Part shown: positions 39,624 through 64,000 of the stretch, one piece after another
Layout of the letters: every line of letters starts with the position of its first letter
Numbering within the stretch: the first letter of the stretch is position 1
Assembly (NCBI GenBank): GCA_020137815.1
Contig: CM035359.1
Span: 6,820,001 to 6,884,000, forward strand
Direction: 5' to 3'
DNA from: Hormiphora californensis
Lineage: Eukaryota; Animalia; Ctenophora
DNA length: 64,000 nucleotides
The notes under the pieces: generated by a model
Database searches by the model: none
The model's input: the letters and a program-made list of their open reading frames with translations, nothing else
Told to the model about the DNA's origin: nothing
Made by a program: the position numbers and the translations under genes

Positions 39624-42225
39624 ATGGAGTCTGCACACCGCCCACGCCCAGAGCTCTACAAAGTAATCTCTTACCCCAACCCACAGACAGAGGTGGAAGA
39701 CCGTGGGATTGTGAGAGAGAAACCAAAACCCCAAGGACTGGGATATAGGTGGAGGGGTGATAGTGATCATCGTTACTACCGGCTACGGTTCAGCAAAAGG
39801 AGAGGTACATGATAAATCATTTAACAAATTATATTACTCGGGTCTATAATGTTCATAATAATACTAGTAGGTTTCAAATGATATTCTATCACAATGTTGA
39901 TATAAATCCTTTGACCTTTCGATAATCGATGTGTCGATTTTATTAGTACTGTTCATGTAGTCTGGGCTGTATTTGATCTACTGAACCATGACAGAGCACA
40001 ATCTCTCTCTGTGTGTGATTTGAAAATAAATGACAATGTCAAATGTGTTAATAACACATTGTGTTATGTGAGCCATTATACAAGGCTGTATGTCAGGGGC
40101 GAAGCAAGGCTGAGTCCAGTGGGTCCAGGACCCACTTTTTGGACGAGAGAGGAGAAGAAAATGAGAAAACTTGCTAAAAAGTGAAAATATCGGCAAAAAC
40201 AACCCAAAAAAAGTGAAAAAATGAACCGATTTTCAATTGAAAAAGCGAATGCGCACAAGAAAAAAATTATGCGGCAGCGGTGGGTCCGGACCCACCTCGC
40301 GCGTTACATTTTCTGCAGCGCTGGACCCAAAATTTTTTTCGTGAATGAACGCCGCGCACCGCCCCTGCTGTATGTGTTAAGTTTTTGTGGACAAACAAGA
40401 ATTATTGCATTATGTATTCATAATGCTGTGTTTCCCTGCCCTACCGTTTCACATGTCAGTGACATTGTCACTGCCAACAAGATCAAGGCTTGGTCATAAT
40501 GTAATGTGAGATGCATACGATCTAGCTGTCAGTATACTTCTCACATAGCTTAGAGTTAGCTAACTCCCAATCACATGACACTTGCTAACCAGCTTTTGAC
40601 ATTCCAACTTAACTACTTATCTAACATCTCACACTCGACTCGCAAGATGAAAATGTGTATGTAACACGCGAAACGCGCGGCAGAGCATTTCATGTTTTGT
40701 TGAGTGGCGCGCGCACACACGTCCATCAAACTGTGTCAATGAGGAGTTTGATGAAGGAGTAGCTCGTCACTGTGTGCGCGGCTCTAGTTGCTACACCGTT
40801 GCCCTCGCAACGAAAGTGTGACCAAAAAATGTCCCTCTACCGATTAGTTAGTATACCTAGAATTCGTTTTCGAATTCTAACCCTGCTATGCCTTTTTACA
40901 AAGTAAAAAGGCATCCGGGTGAATGCCGAAGGCATTCACCCGGGCAGGGAAATAAATATACCTTTCATTCAATGCCCCCCTCTGTTTCAGAGGAAGAAGA
41001 TAGTGATAGTGAGGCGGAGATAAAACAAGGTTATGATACAGTACACAGGTAACCATGGAAACAAAAGCATCATCCCTCGCCACAGACACCAACTTTTTGT
41101 TGTAACGCGCGATACACTTTATGTGGAGAACTCGGCGCGCTCAACCCTAAACCGTGGGAAATATATTAAGCGTGGGAAAGTTTTGTCGATCATTTTATCA
41201 TTCCAAACATTCTGATTTAGCAATCTCGCGGATATGTTGTGGATAGATTAGACAGTATATGTTAATAATTAATAATTAACAATATTATCATACTTTTCAG
41301 AATTCACCCAAAGTCAGAGATGACTGCATTCAATCTGTCAGAGATCCTCTCCCTGAAACTCCTGTCTCCAGCTGCCAAGATTCATATTGTCTACAAAATG
41401 GGAACATTAGAGTAAGTTAAGGTGTTTTAATGTAATATGTGCTCGAGGTAACGGCTGTAATTCCCCTGTTGATCTGGAGCCGCCGACCCCATCTGAGCAT
41501 TTGAGAATCAAATTGGGGTATGGGCGCCGCCATACAGGTTAATCTCGCCCTCTAAAATCCGGCCACTTCTCTAACATGGCTCTAACACTTTCAGGCCTGA
41601 CACAGATCTTACCCAACTCTGTTCTCACTACTCCGCCTCTAAAATGGAGCTAAAAGTTCTAACCGACCTTGAGATAGTCCGGCAAGACTACGATGCACAG
41701 GAGCAGGCCGAAAAAGCGGCGGAGAAGGAAAGAAAAGAGGAGGAAGAGGGGAGTCAGGAAGTAGTGGACATATTTAGAGTGGACGAGAGTGTGGAGATAG
41801 ATGCTAGTTTGTTGCTGGCTAATACTGGAATTGAGGAGGAGGAACTAATAAGGAATGAACTGAGTGAAGTTGGGGGAGATGAGGTGGGGAGCACGATGAG
41901 TGAAGTTGGGGGAGATGAGGTGGGGAGCACGATGAGTGGAGATGAGGGGAGTTTGTCAATATCGGAACAGGGGGATACAGTTATTATGAGAGAGGGCAGT
42001 GTTGAGAATAGACCAGAATTGAAGGAGGGAGACCAAGAGAAGAGAGCAGAGGGAGGTGCCAAGGTAGACCAAGAGGAGGATGGTTTGAGTAATGCTATAC
42101 CAGATGATATAAGTGGACCCCTCCCGACTGTTGACAATTATACTGGAACCCTTAAACCAGTCTCTCCTTTAAACAGTGTTTCTCTTCTCGGCTCTATACA
42201 GGACGAAAAGGAAGTGTTGGACTAA
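39624..42225 (+). CDS. Unknown acidic protein, ~326 aa, exons 39624-39804, 40991-41048, 41301-41411, 41595-42225
   Basis: Four GT-AG exons join in phase with no stops. No family recognised. Confidence 0.7.
40094..40367. mobile_element. hAT-type MITE
   Basis: caggggcg...cgcccctg termini with 8-bp TSD ctgtatgt. Confidence 0.8.
40393..40952 (-). mobile_element. Helentron-associated non-autonomous element, copy 2
   Basis: Same sequence and architecture as 38311-38856. Confidence 0.75.
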
Positions 42226-43027
42226 ATAACTATTGGCTGGGGTGATCAGTGATTAGGCCCCAGAGGTCAATGCTGTCAGATCAGACTCAGAGAGTATTGT
42301 GTCATTGTGAATGACTGAAACAGTAAACGTATTGAACACATCACTTGCACTCTCTAATTTTGATTCAGAATTCTGTTGCCCTTCGGGCTTCGGTGGATTT
42401 CATTCTGCAATATAATTCTGTGTTTCTGCATGAAAGAATGAAAATTCATGCAGATTGCAGGATCATTGCAGCTGTAATTCGCTGTTCTAATTGTAGAATT
42501 ACATAGGTATTAGGTATTAGGTAAATCAAAATCAAAATGTAGATACGTTTATGAATTTGTAAGTGTGATCAGATGTTTATACATATTAATTGAATAATTG
42601 GAATTGATTTGACGAGGTATACGTATACAGATACTTATATTATTTATAGGACGTATCCAATTTTTAATATATTTTCATTCCTATTTTGTCACTCAGTGAC
42701 AATGTCAGCGCCGACCCAATCTGACTCTGAGATTGAATCTCAGAATGAAAACGCGACGGCGGCCAGCCCTTATTGACCTCAAAGTTGATTTTTGCAATGT
42801 TTATTATTGTCAGAAAGCAGTATTATTATGAAATTGTGTATCTAGAGAACTTAAACTTAAACAAAAACGAAATGTTTTTAGCTTTGTTTTGACAAGATTA
42901 CGTAACGCGCTTAAACTGAAATAACACGTTGCTTTTATACGCCGCGCGTGCAATTTCGCGCGGCGCGGAAAAATTAAGTTCGCCAAAATAAAAAACTTTT
43001 GAACCAAAATTTTCTTTCCAAATTTAA

Positions 43028-43181
43028 AATGAGGCCCCTCGGAAATGTTCAAGTCATGCACAATCAAGTCACGCCCACCAATCACAGCTCAGAACGCGCG
43101 AAGCACTCCGCGCGTTCTGAGCTGTGATTGGTGGGCGTGACTTGATTGTGCATGACTTGAACATTTCCGAGGGGCCTCATT
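43028..43181. repeat. Perfect 73-bp inverted repeat with 8-nt loop at the 5' junction of a LINE
   Basis: Arms 43028-43100 and 43109-43181. Confidence 0.9.
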
Positions 43182-43191
43182 GACTTGACCC

Positions 43192-45335
43192 TGACTTGAC
43201 CCTGAAGATCTTGGCAGCTACCGCCCAATCAGTAATCTACCATTTGTGTCAAAGATCATTGAGAAATGTGTATCTTTACAGTTGACCGAGCATTTAGAGA
43301 GTCATCAGTTGCTATCGGGAGTTCAATCTGCTTACCGCAAACACCATAGTTGTGAGACTGCAACACTAAAAGTTGTTAACGATCTTCTGCTACTGCTTGA
43401 TAAGAAGTCAAAGGCTGTGCTACTACTGCTGGACCTATCTGCAGCATTTGACACAGTTCAACACAGCAAACTACTAAAGAAGATGCGGACGGACTACGGA
43501 ATAGAAGATACTGCTCTCGCCTGGTTCAAATCATATCTCACAGGTCGGTCCACCTCGGTACAAATTGGAGATGCACGATCAAGATCGATAGAGGTGGATA
43601 TTGGTGTGCCGCAGGGTAGCATCCTAGGGCCTATTCTCTTCATTATGTATACCAAAGAGCTCCAGTCGATTGCGGAAAAGCATGGTCTTAACATTCACCT
43701 CTTCGCTGACGACACCCAGATCTATACTAGTTTTAGGCCGGAAACCTTTGACTTTGTTGTGGATAAATTACAAAATTGTATCAGTGACATCAAGCAATGG
43801 ATGAAGCAAAACTACCTCAAGCTAAATGCCAGTAAAACGGAAATTCTGATACTCAACCACAAAGCCGACCGCACTCCTGGGCCAACTGGATTAGTGATTG
43901 AAAAAGACGAAAGTCCAATTGTACAATCTACGGAAATCGAATCAACGACAAGTGCCCGTAATCTCGGTATTTGGCTCGATCCCACCCTCTCAATGGCAAG
44001 CCATATCTCGAAAATTGTCCAAGCATGTAATATGCAACTTCTGAATCTGTGGAGGATAGCTAGAAAACTTCCCAGGCAACTGAAAATCAAGCTAGTGCAT
44101 TCGTTAATACACTCTCGCCTAGACTATGGAAATGCCCTACTCTATGGTGCCACAGAATCTGATTTAAACCGCCTCCAAAAGGTCCAAAACAGTGCTGTAC
44201 GGTTCGTCTATGGAACAAGAAAGAGGAGAGGAGTGACCCAGATGCGGAAAGACCTACACTTCCTTCCGATCAAAAGCAGAATCATCTTCAAAATCTGCTT
44301 ACTAACATACAAATCCATCAATGGAATGGCTCCCCCCTACATCTCCAACCTCATCCCCCTCCGGAAGCCAAAGGTCAAGGTAGTCAGGGCAGATGAGGAT
44401 AGCACACTCCTCCACAAACCATACACACACAAGTACACATCCACTAGTAGAGCCTTTAGTATTAGTGCACCTAAACTGTGGAATGAGTTGCCGAAACCCC
44501 TGCGAGAAAGTGAATCTGTCGATGTGTTTAAACAGCAACTTAAAACTTACCTCTTTAAGAAAGCTTATTGCTAAGTGTCTCTCATTATCGGTGATATTTT
44601 ACACAGTGATCACTACCAGGGTCAGTGAACATCTGAATTTTAATTATTAACTGTTTTTTTACTATCACTAATATTTTTTATCACTCTTGTACACTGTTAT
44701 CCATGTAAGCTGTTCTCCCTGTAAACTGTTTACTACTGTATGCTGTTTCTATGCATGACTCATGTATTGATTCTGTATACTGTTTCTGTAACAATGTGCA
44801 CGTATTTTTTTTTTTTTTTTTTTATTATATATACAGATTATATATTTTATATGATACATTAAATCGTACTTACCTCAGTTCTATACCAACACCCACATCT
44901 CCACTACCCATACATGTCCATCACTCACCAACACATTCACTTACTCACCTATACTTAATAATAGTCTATAACAATTAACTTATCTCTCTTAATATGAATA
45001 GTATTATATTATGTCTTTATTACTTATTCAATTAATAAATATGATTGCACTCTTTTTAATCGAATTCTATCAATCAAATTAATTTATTAACTTAATTTAT
45101 AAATAATCATCATAGCATGCATATTCTCTTACTAATACATAATATTTTGATGTTATCTTGACTGAGCGTTAAAAATATGTTATTGGCTCTCCTTTACCAC
45201 TGGCCCTTTCTTGGACCGCTTTAGAAAGTGGTAAATGGTGTAGCATCGATCTGATTGAATCAGTAGCAAGCCATTTATTTTAAACACTATTAAGCGGTAT
45301 ATTAAATGTCATGAATTATTATTATTATTATTATT
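43192..45335 (+). mobile_element. 5'-truncated CR1/L2-group LINE (RT and C-terminus open to 44574, long 3' UTR, (ATT)n tail)
   Basis: LDPEDLGSYRPISNLPF, LDLSAAFDTV, GVPQGSILGP, FADD, SRLDYGN. Tail at ~45315-45335. Confidence 0.93.
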
Positions 45336-45723
45336 TAAACTGTAAAGTTTTGTTTTCCCAAAATGTGGCCCCTTCTGCAGAGCTTTGTGTTTCCCAAGCT
45401 AGGATGCTATGTTTAGAACCTTAGCACTCTCCCATAACACCAAAATATAAAGTACTAAGATACCAAATTAATTGGTGGCCGCGGCCGTTAGGATCGGGAT
45501 TCGGCGGTCGGACCGCCGACCGACTGGCGAGTGGCGACTGGACTTCGGATGTCGGTCCTCGCTTAGCCTACGTGGCTTAGGCTTGTTGCATATCTTATCA
45601 ACTCCATTTTTTAACTGTTCACCCTCGCCTGGTTTTCGGAAAGCTTATTTGTTCTTACTTTTGAGTTTTGACATATTTTGAAAGTGAGCGACGCTCACTG
45701 AGCGTCGCTCACTTTCAAAATAG

Positions 45724-46107
45724 GGACATGCTGCACCACAGCTACTGCAGTTGAACCTGGATTTTTCTCCTCGTTTCAATGAGTAATCCAACTCACAGGC
45801 CTCGCAAAACTGAGGGAAGATAGCCATGATTAGCCAGTCAATGAGGCTCGATTTGCTACGGTACCTTCTGCTGACACCATCGTCGGTCCGGGGCTTACCT
45901 CCCAGAAAAACAGCGGCTTCCTCCAGGACGGGAACATCAAACTTTTCAGTTTTCCAGGTTGTTCAGGTTGGTCTGATACTTCTTTGCTGCCGGGTTGTAG
46001 GCCTTCAGGACTCGCTTAACCTCATCACCACAATCAGAATCCTTACTTAGCTCTGACAGGATAGCCTTTTGCTTCCCCAGGATAGCTTTCTCGTTGGCTT
46101 CAGTCAT
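45724..46107 (-). pseudogene. Decayed fragment of a retroelement-type ORF1 with a truncated PHD-like Cys finger
   Basis: MTEANEK...VKRVLKAYNP...NLE, frameshift, then KFDVPVLEEAAVFL...LIDWLIMAIFPQFCEACELDY...CSSCGAAC, cut off at a hairpin at 45675-45722. Family assignment is from recall only. Confidence 0.5.
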
Positions 46108-46156
46108 AGTTTCCAGGGGTGGTCACTTGTACATGGCTTTCTGAAACTCAAATTAA

Positions 46157-46843
46157 TATGAAACCCGATAGTTGATTTATCAGTCGTTTGAACATTTTAC
46201 GCGCACACGTTAACTGCGAGATGGGGGATTTAACACCCTGCTCGCTCTTTATCAGACCAGTGCCCATTTTCACGCGTTTCTCTTCATTTCCATAACATGC
46301 GTGTAAATTTCCAAGTAATGAAAATGTGTGTAAACACACAGTTCTGTCAATAACAGAGAGGGGAACACATCTGCAACGCTTTTCAATGTTATCTCTCTCA
46401 TCAAGAGGCAAAATAGTCGCATTCCATTCGTTTCTCTCTCTCATTCTCTCTTTTACTGTTCAATATCTCTCACTGTGTGTTTTGCCCCTAATCTTTCTCT
46501 CTCTTTCTCAAACATGTTAGGAACAGTAGACACTAAGTCTACACACATTTTGAGAGTGTCTGTTGACTATTTGCCAGTAGTCCTTGTGTGTTACCCCTTG
46601 TGTTGTGTCTCTTATTTGTGTGTAATTACTATCGGGTTTCATAAACTATGAACGTTTGTTAGCCTATCGCGTTATAGGTTTAAATCACCTCCCCCTCACC
46701 CTCGGCTGGCGCCTCGGGATCGGCGTCGCGATTTAAACCAGTTTAATCGCCCTGCCGGGCGATTAAACTCCAGTTGGCTGTCCCCAGCTCGCGCTGGGAA
46801 CAGCCAACTTGATAACGCGCCAGTCTACAAACGTTCATAGTTC
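46157..46843. mobile_element. Non-coding cloverleaf element just upstream of POLE3
   Basis: Perfect 16-bp IR tatgaaacccgatagt 46157-46172 / actatcgggtttcata 46628-46643, then a cloverleaf at 46644-46842 homologous to 8422-8609. Confidence 0.75.
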
Positions 46844-46964
46844 ATTTGTTTCAAGTAGTGTTGAAAAGTGTGAAACTCAATAATTGAATACTCAATAATT
46901 ATTGACCTTTAGTTGTTTGACACAAACATCTATAAAATTCTCAGTATTTAGATAGTAGTGAACT

Positions 46965-47917
46965 ATGGCAGAGAAACCAGAAGACCTAAATTTACCGATG
47001 GCAGTGGTTACACGAATCACAAAGGAAGCCCTCCCAGAGGGATGTGCTATCAGTAAAGAGGCAAGGACTGCACTCAGTAAAGCTGCCAGGTCAGTGACTT
47101 CATTTAGTTTCTCATTTTTCGGAAAAGAGGTTTAAAATTATACTGATAACAATCACATTATAAATCAACACACTGTGGTAATAAATCATATGTTTCAATT
47201 TGAAAAATCTCCCAATTTAGTTGAGTTAATCAGTCACATTTAATTTAATCCCCTTCTTACTGTGTACAGTGTGTTTGTCCTGTATGCCACCTAGTTGTGC
47301 CAACACGGTCGCACAGAAAAGTAAGAGGAAGACCCTTACTGCCCCTGACGTTTTTACTGCCATGGAAGAGATGGAGTTCGAGACATTTCTGGAACCTCTT
47401 AAGGATAGTTTAGAGGTAAAATATATTTAATATGTCGTGAATAATTATGCCAAAACCGAAAAATTTTGTTGACCGGAAACCCATTTCTTACACTCGGTAC
47501 ATATAATGCTAACAGAAAGCTTGTATTGCTTTTATGTGTCGTCCAAACTAACTATATTTGAAGTTTATTCAAGGTGTCATTTTGCTTGCCTGGCTAGACT
47601 GTGTTTCGGGCGCCGCGCCCCCGAATCACAATTCACAACAACTAACAAATGTAAAGGGAGGGTTAGAACATAACAACATTTTGCAGGCCTTCAGGTCGGA
47701 GCAGAATGAGGTGAAGGAAAGGAAGGCTGCTAAAAAGAGGGAGAAAGAGGCGACAGAGAAGGCTTCACAGGAGGAGGAAAAGGAAGAAGAAATGGGAGAT
47801 GAAGAGGAAAAAGAAGGAGCAGAAAAAGAAGATGATGATAAGGAAGATAAGGAAGATAAGGAAGGAGATACAGAGATCACAACAGAGACCCCTGCAGAAG
47901 TCCACATGATAGAATAA
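46965..47917 (+). CDS. POLE3: DNA polymerase epsilon subunit 3 / CHRAC17, exons 46965-47089, 47270-47415, 47687-47917; 1-nt frameshift at ~47290
   Basis: [49 protein letters not shown] / [29 protein letters not shown] histone fold with acidic tail. Confidence 0.92.
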
Positions 47918-48267
47918 TACTGTATATATCGGTCTCTTGTGTAACAGAGAAGGACACGGTTTTTATTCTGATTGTTATATTTGTTTTTACAACTTATTTA
48001 TTTCATACGAACTTCAGAGCTACTTCTAATCAGAATCTGTGTATGCTTTACCGAGCGTTCTTTTGCACCAATTCAGTTCTATGGTTACCCCGCTAACAGT
48101 GCAATCCAATCCAATCTAGTTTGATCTCTACATAACAAATCATCCTCTAACCCCCAGTACAGCGCTCAACAAATTGAGTACTGGTGTTGTCACTGTTGTC
48201 GTGACTACTGTTTCCTCCAAAGCAGATCAGTCCTAATCTAACATCCTTTCTAGTTGTAGATAAAGCT

Positions 48268-60394
<12,127 letters not shown>

Positions 60395-61489
60395 TCACCA
60401 CTAGCATACTTGGTAATGCAGGTAGGTAACTACCACTCGGGGGGGGGGGGGGGCACCTAACACTTTGTAACATGTGCAGAAAACAAAGTTTTACGTGTCA
60501 CCCCCCACTCGTCTGGACTGTACCGACCATGGTATAGGTAGCCTACCATAGTAGCTACCTACCACTCGCCTGTACGCGACCTTACTTTGGCTTAATTTGA
60601 AAGTAATCTTGCCTCATTTCAGGTGGGTGAAGGTGACACCTGGAGATAAGAGGGCTAATGGACGATTGTGAGCATCTTAAATGGAATTTAATACTTTTAT
60701 TTTCTAACTGTGGAAGTCTTTTTAACGATAAACAATGTGTCGAATTCCGAACGATATGTGGAGAGAGAGAGGGATAGAGAGCAATAGAGATTGAGAGAGT
60801 GTGTGTGAGAGAGAGATAGAGATAGAGAGAGAGAGAGATGCTAAACTGGTTTATTTGATATGAATGATGGTGATATGATATGAGTGAATTTTCTGACTTT
60901 GTTACAACCACGAGTAATGGTAACTGCGTGGCGAGTTGAGTTTGTCGCATTTCTTTCTATACTTAATTTATTTTAAGAACTATAATAGTATAGAACTGAA
61001 ATATGATTATGGGAAAATAGGATTAGGAAGAGACAGAGTTAAAAAGGAAAGAGAAAAAATTCAAATTTGTGGTGGAAGGTTCCAGGTGAATTACCAACAC
61101 AAAACTATAAATACAGATACGATACTGTTTGGCCTGATTCATATTTTTTGTTTACGTGTGTATATGTGAGCAGAACTACAACTTATAAACTCGAAAATGT
61201 TTTACGTTTTTTATCCAACTCCCCAAAAATACCACGTGATGTATGCCAAATGTCTATCCGAGCTTTTTGGTATAAAGCCAAAAACAAATTCGTGTGAAAT
61301 GTGAGGGCTTAGCTAAGCTGAACTATATGTCTCTTTGAGTATTACATATAATATATAACTATCAATACCATGCTGTTTCGGATAGATTTTCAGAAAATTA
61401 AGCTGTTTTAATTTGTTATGATCGATTCAAATGGAACCAGGACCAGTATACGATGGGTATCATCATGATAATAATGCAACTAGGATTTC

Positions 61490-61860
61490 GGTAAGCGGTA
61501 AAGGTTGACCCGTCTCCTGAGAATTTAAAACTGTTTTGGCCATAACTCAGCCATTTCTTGACCAATTTGCAAAATCTTGGGCTCATTGGAAAGAAGACAT
61601 TAAGATCTTTAAAATGAGCTCAATAAAATGAAAATTGGCGCAAATTGCGCGGCGTAGTGGCGAAAACGCGCATTTTGCGCCATTGCGCCGCGCAAAGCTG
61701 CGCAATTTGCGCCGATTTTGATTTTCTTGGGCTCATCTGAAAGAGCTCAATGTCCTCTTTCCAACGTGCCCAATATTTTGCAAATTGGTCAAGAAATGGC
61801 TGAGTTATGGCCAAATAAAAATATAATTCTCAGGAGACGGGTCAACCTTTACCGCTTACC
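61490..61860. mobile_element. Foldback MITE with 9-bp TSD, copy 2; related variant at ~62328-62711
   Basis: Same TIR as 51073, TSD taggatttc. Confidence 0.88.
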
Positions 61861-63159
61861 TAGGATTTCACAGAGGTCCTCCTCACTTGAAGATTAATTG
61901 ATAGGGGTAATGTCCTAATCTTCAATCGAGGCAACATCCAAATTGGATTCCAATGAATAATCCATTTGTTATGTTCTAACCCTCGTGAAACAAAGTCTAC
62001 TGTCTAGTGTCTAGCTAGGCAAAGATCCATATGGCAGCCAACCATCGATGCCAGCGGAAGATTTTCCCACGGTCCCCGCCAACTGCGCGCAATAATCCGA
62101 ACTTTGATTACATTTTTAGTTCCGCGCGTCACAGATTCGATTCTGCATGATCAAGGATCGCAGCGATCATAGCACTGGCAAGTGCCCCGGGCCCAAAAGG
62201 GGGGTGTGGGGGCACAGCCCCCACCACAAACGGGGGTGTGGGGGCAGAGCCCCCACCTTAGAAATACCCTCTAACTCAAAAAACAAAAGAGAGAGCACAC
62301 GCAACACTTCTATGTACACACAAGCGCGTGAAACTGCGGTAGGCGGTAAATGTTAACCAGATCTGTGAGAATTTCGCACGTTTTTGCCCATAACTCAGCC
62401 ATTTCTTGACCAATTTGCAAGATCTTTGGCTCATTGGAAAGAGGACATTGAGATCTCTCAAATGAGCTCAAGAAAATGAAAATTGGCGCAAATTGCGCGG
62501 CGTGGTGGCGAAAACGCGCATTTTGCGCCATGACGCCGCGCATTTTGCGCCGATTTTATTTTTATTGGGCTCATTTGAAAGAGCTCAATGTCCTCTTTCC
62601 AACGCGCCCAAGATTTTGCAAATTGGTCAAGAAATGACTGAGTTATGGACAAAAACGTGGTTTTGCACGTACGTTTTTTCTCAGATCTGGTTAACATCTA
62701 CCGCAGTTTCACTGCCAGTGCTACTATATACCATTGCAGATTTCGAGGTTTTTGATGCTTTAAAAAAGCATGTTCCAGATGAAGTAGAAAGCTGAAATTT
62801 TGTACTCTGAGTGCCCTCATATAGGAGAAGAGGCATGCAAATTTTCAGAACGATCGGATGTAAGGTAAATATTTGCCAGAGGGGTCCCAAAATGCAAAAA
62901 TGTAAAGGAGGGGAGGGGGAGGGGGAGGGGGAGGACGCTTTTTTATCTTTGAGTGTTCTCCTAAACCACAAATAGTAGAGACTTGCCGTTTGGAACAGTG
63001 GTTCCTTACATCATTGCGCTCGGTAATAGCTGTGTGAGAACTTCGAAATCGCCATAGTTCATTAATTATTCATTAATTAGTCATTAAATATTCATTTTAA
63101 CCATGGTTGCGATATGACACGACTCGAAAGTCATAAAGACTTGAAACCGGTCTTAGTCG

Positions 63160-63570
63160 ACGCGGAATGGTCGATTTATGGGGGGTTTTACTCGGGACAA
63201 AAATCTCTATCTCGCACCGTTAAGCCGTTATTTGCATATTTATGCACCTATTCACGATTTTATGCATATTTTCAATATTTTCACTTCAGCTGGTCCTAGA
63301 ACGTTTTCATGGACATATTTCGACGTAAAATAGTCGATTTATGGGGGGTCGTCCCCTGGACAAAAAGTCGTATCTCGCACCGTTTAGCTGTTATTTGCAT
63401 ATTTATGCACCGATTCATGATTTTATGCATATTTTAAATATTTTCACTTCAGCTGGTCCTAGAACGTTTTCATGGACATATTTCGACGCAAAATAGTCGA
63501 TTTATGGGGGGTCGTCCCTCTGACAAAAAGTCGTATCTCTCACCGTTTAGTCGTTATTCGTATATTTATG
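63160..63570. repeat. ~163-bp tandem repeat, about 2.5 copies
   Basis: gtcgatttatggggg recurs at ~63170, 63333 and 63496. Confidence 0.8.
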
Positions 63571-63706
63571 AATTATTCAAATTCGAAAATATGGAGAAAT
63601 CAGAAAAAATAACTTTTTCTATTTTACACCAAAAAGAACAGAAATTAAGTCCAAAAACCAATTAAATAAATTAGTTTGGATGCCCGGGCCCATGTGGTGT
63701 CACGGG

Positions 63707-64000
63707 GGTAACACCTTTAGGCTACTGTCATAAATGATGGATATCGGGAGAGATAAAGGCAAAGGAAATTAGGATAGAAAGAGTGCGATATAATCAAGAA
63801 AGACGAAGAGATAAATAAGAGGAGAGAGAAAAAAGAGAGATATAGTGAAAGAAACAGTAAGAGAGAAAGAGAGAGAGAAATAGTGTGTGAGAGAGAGTGA
63901 GAGACTGAGAGAGATAGATATAGATAGACAGATTGAAGAATAACAATTAACAATTAACGAGATATGCCGTTAATTATGGCAGTAGCCTAAAGGTGTTACC
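63707..64000. mobile_element. MITE with GGTAA termini (Merlin-like)
   Basis: ggtaacacctttaggctactgtcata / tatggcagtagcctaaaggtgttacc. The right flank lies outside the window, so no TSD is visible. Confidence 0.7.

Overview
Eukaryotic genomic DNA, probably a ctenophore of the Pleurobrachia type. That assignment rests on a short hAT-like repeat I recall from Pleurobrachia sequence and on the intronless LDLa-GPCR; no search was run. The window holds about 11 host genes, all on the + strand: the 3' end of an unknown gene, an 11-exon orphan class A GPCR, a Nova-like KH protein, U2AF1, ATP synthase subunit f, a Cys-rich PPxY membrane protein, an LDLa-GPCR, a GW/WG-rich ORF, an unknown acidic protein, POLE3 (with a 1-nt frameshift) and an 18-exon SAP-less hnRNP U-like gene. 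Most start codons sit just behind an unpaired splice acceptor, and two clusters have 350-570 bp spacers, which suggests SL trans-splicing and operon-like transcription. Between and inside the genes are one intact LINE, two LINE fragments, many non-autonomous DNA transposons (piggyBac-, Tc1/mariner-, hAT-, Kolobok-, Merlin/MULE- and Helentron-like) and long microsatellites. The most unusual signal is a family of three sequence-divergent, non-coding 630-690 bp elements sharing one architecture: an asymmetric inverted repeat plus a ~170-200 bp three-hairpin cloverleaf with compensatory stem changes. One of them is present as an exact head-to-tail dimer. Most short ORFs in the supplied track are artefacts of microsatellites, introns or antisense strands.
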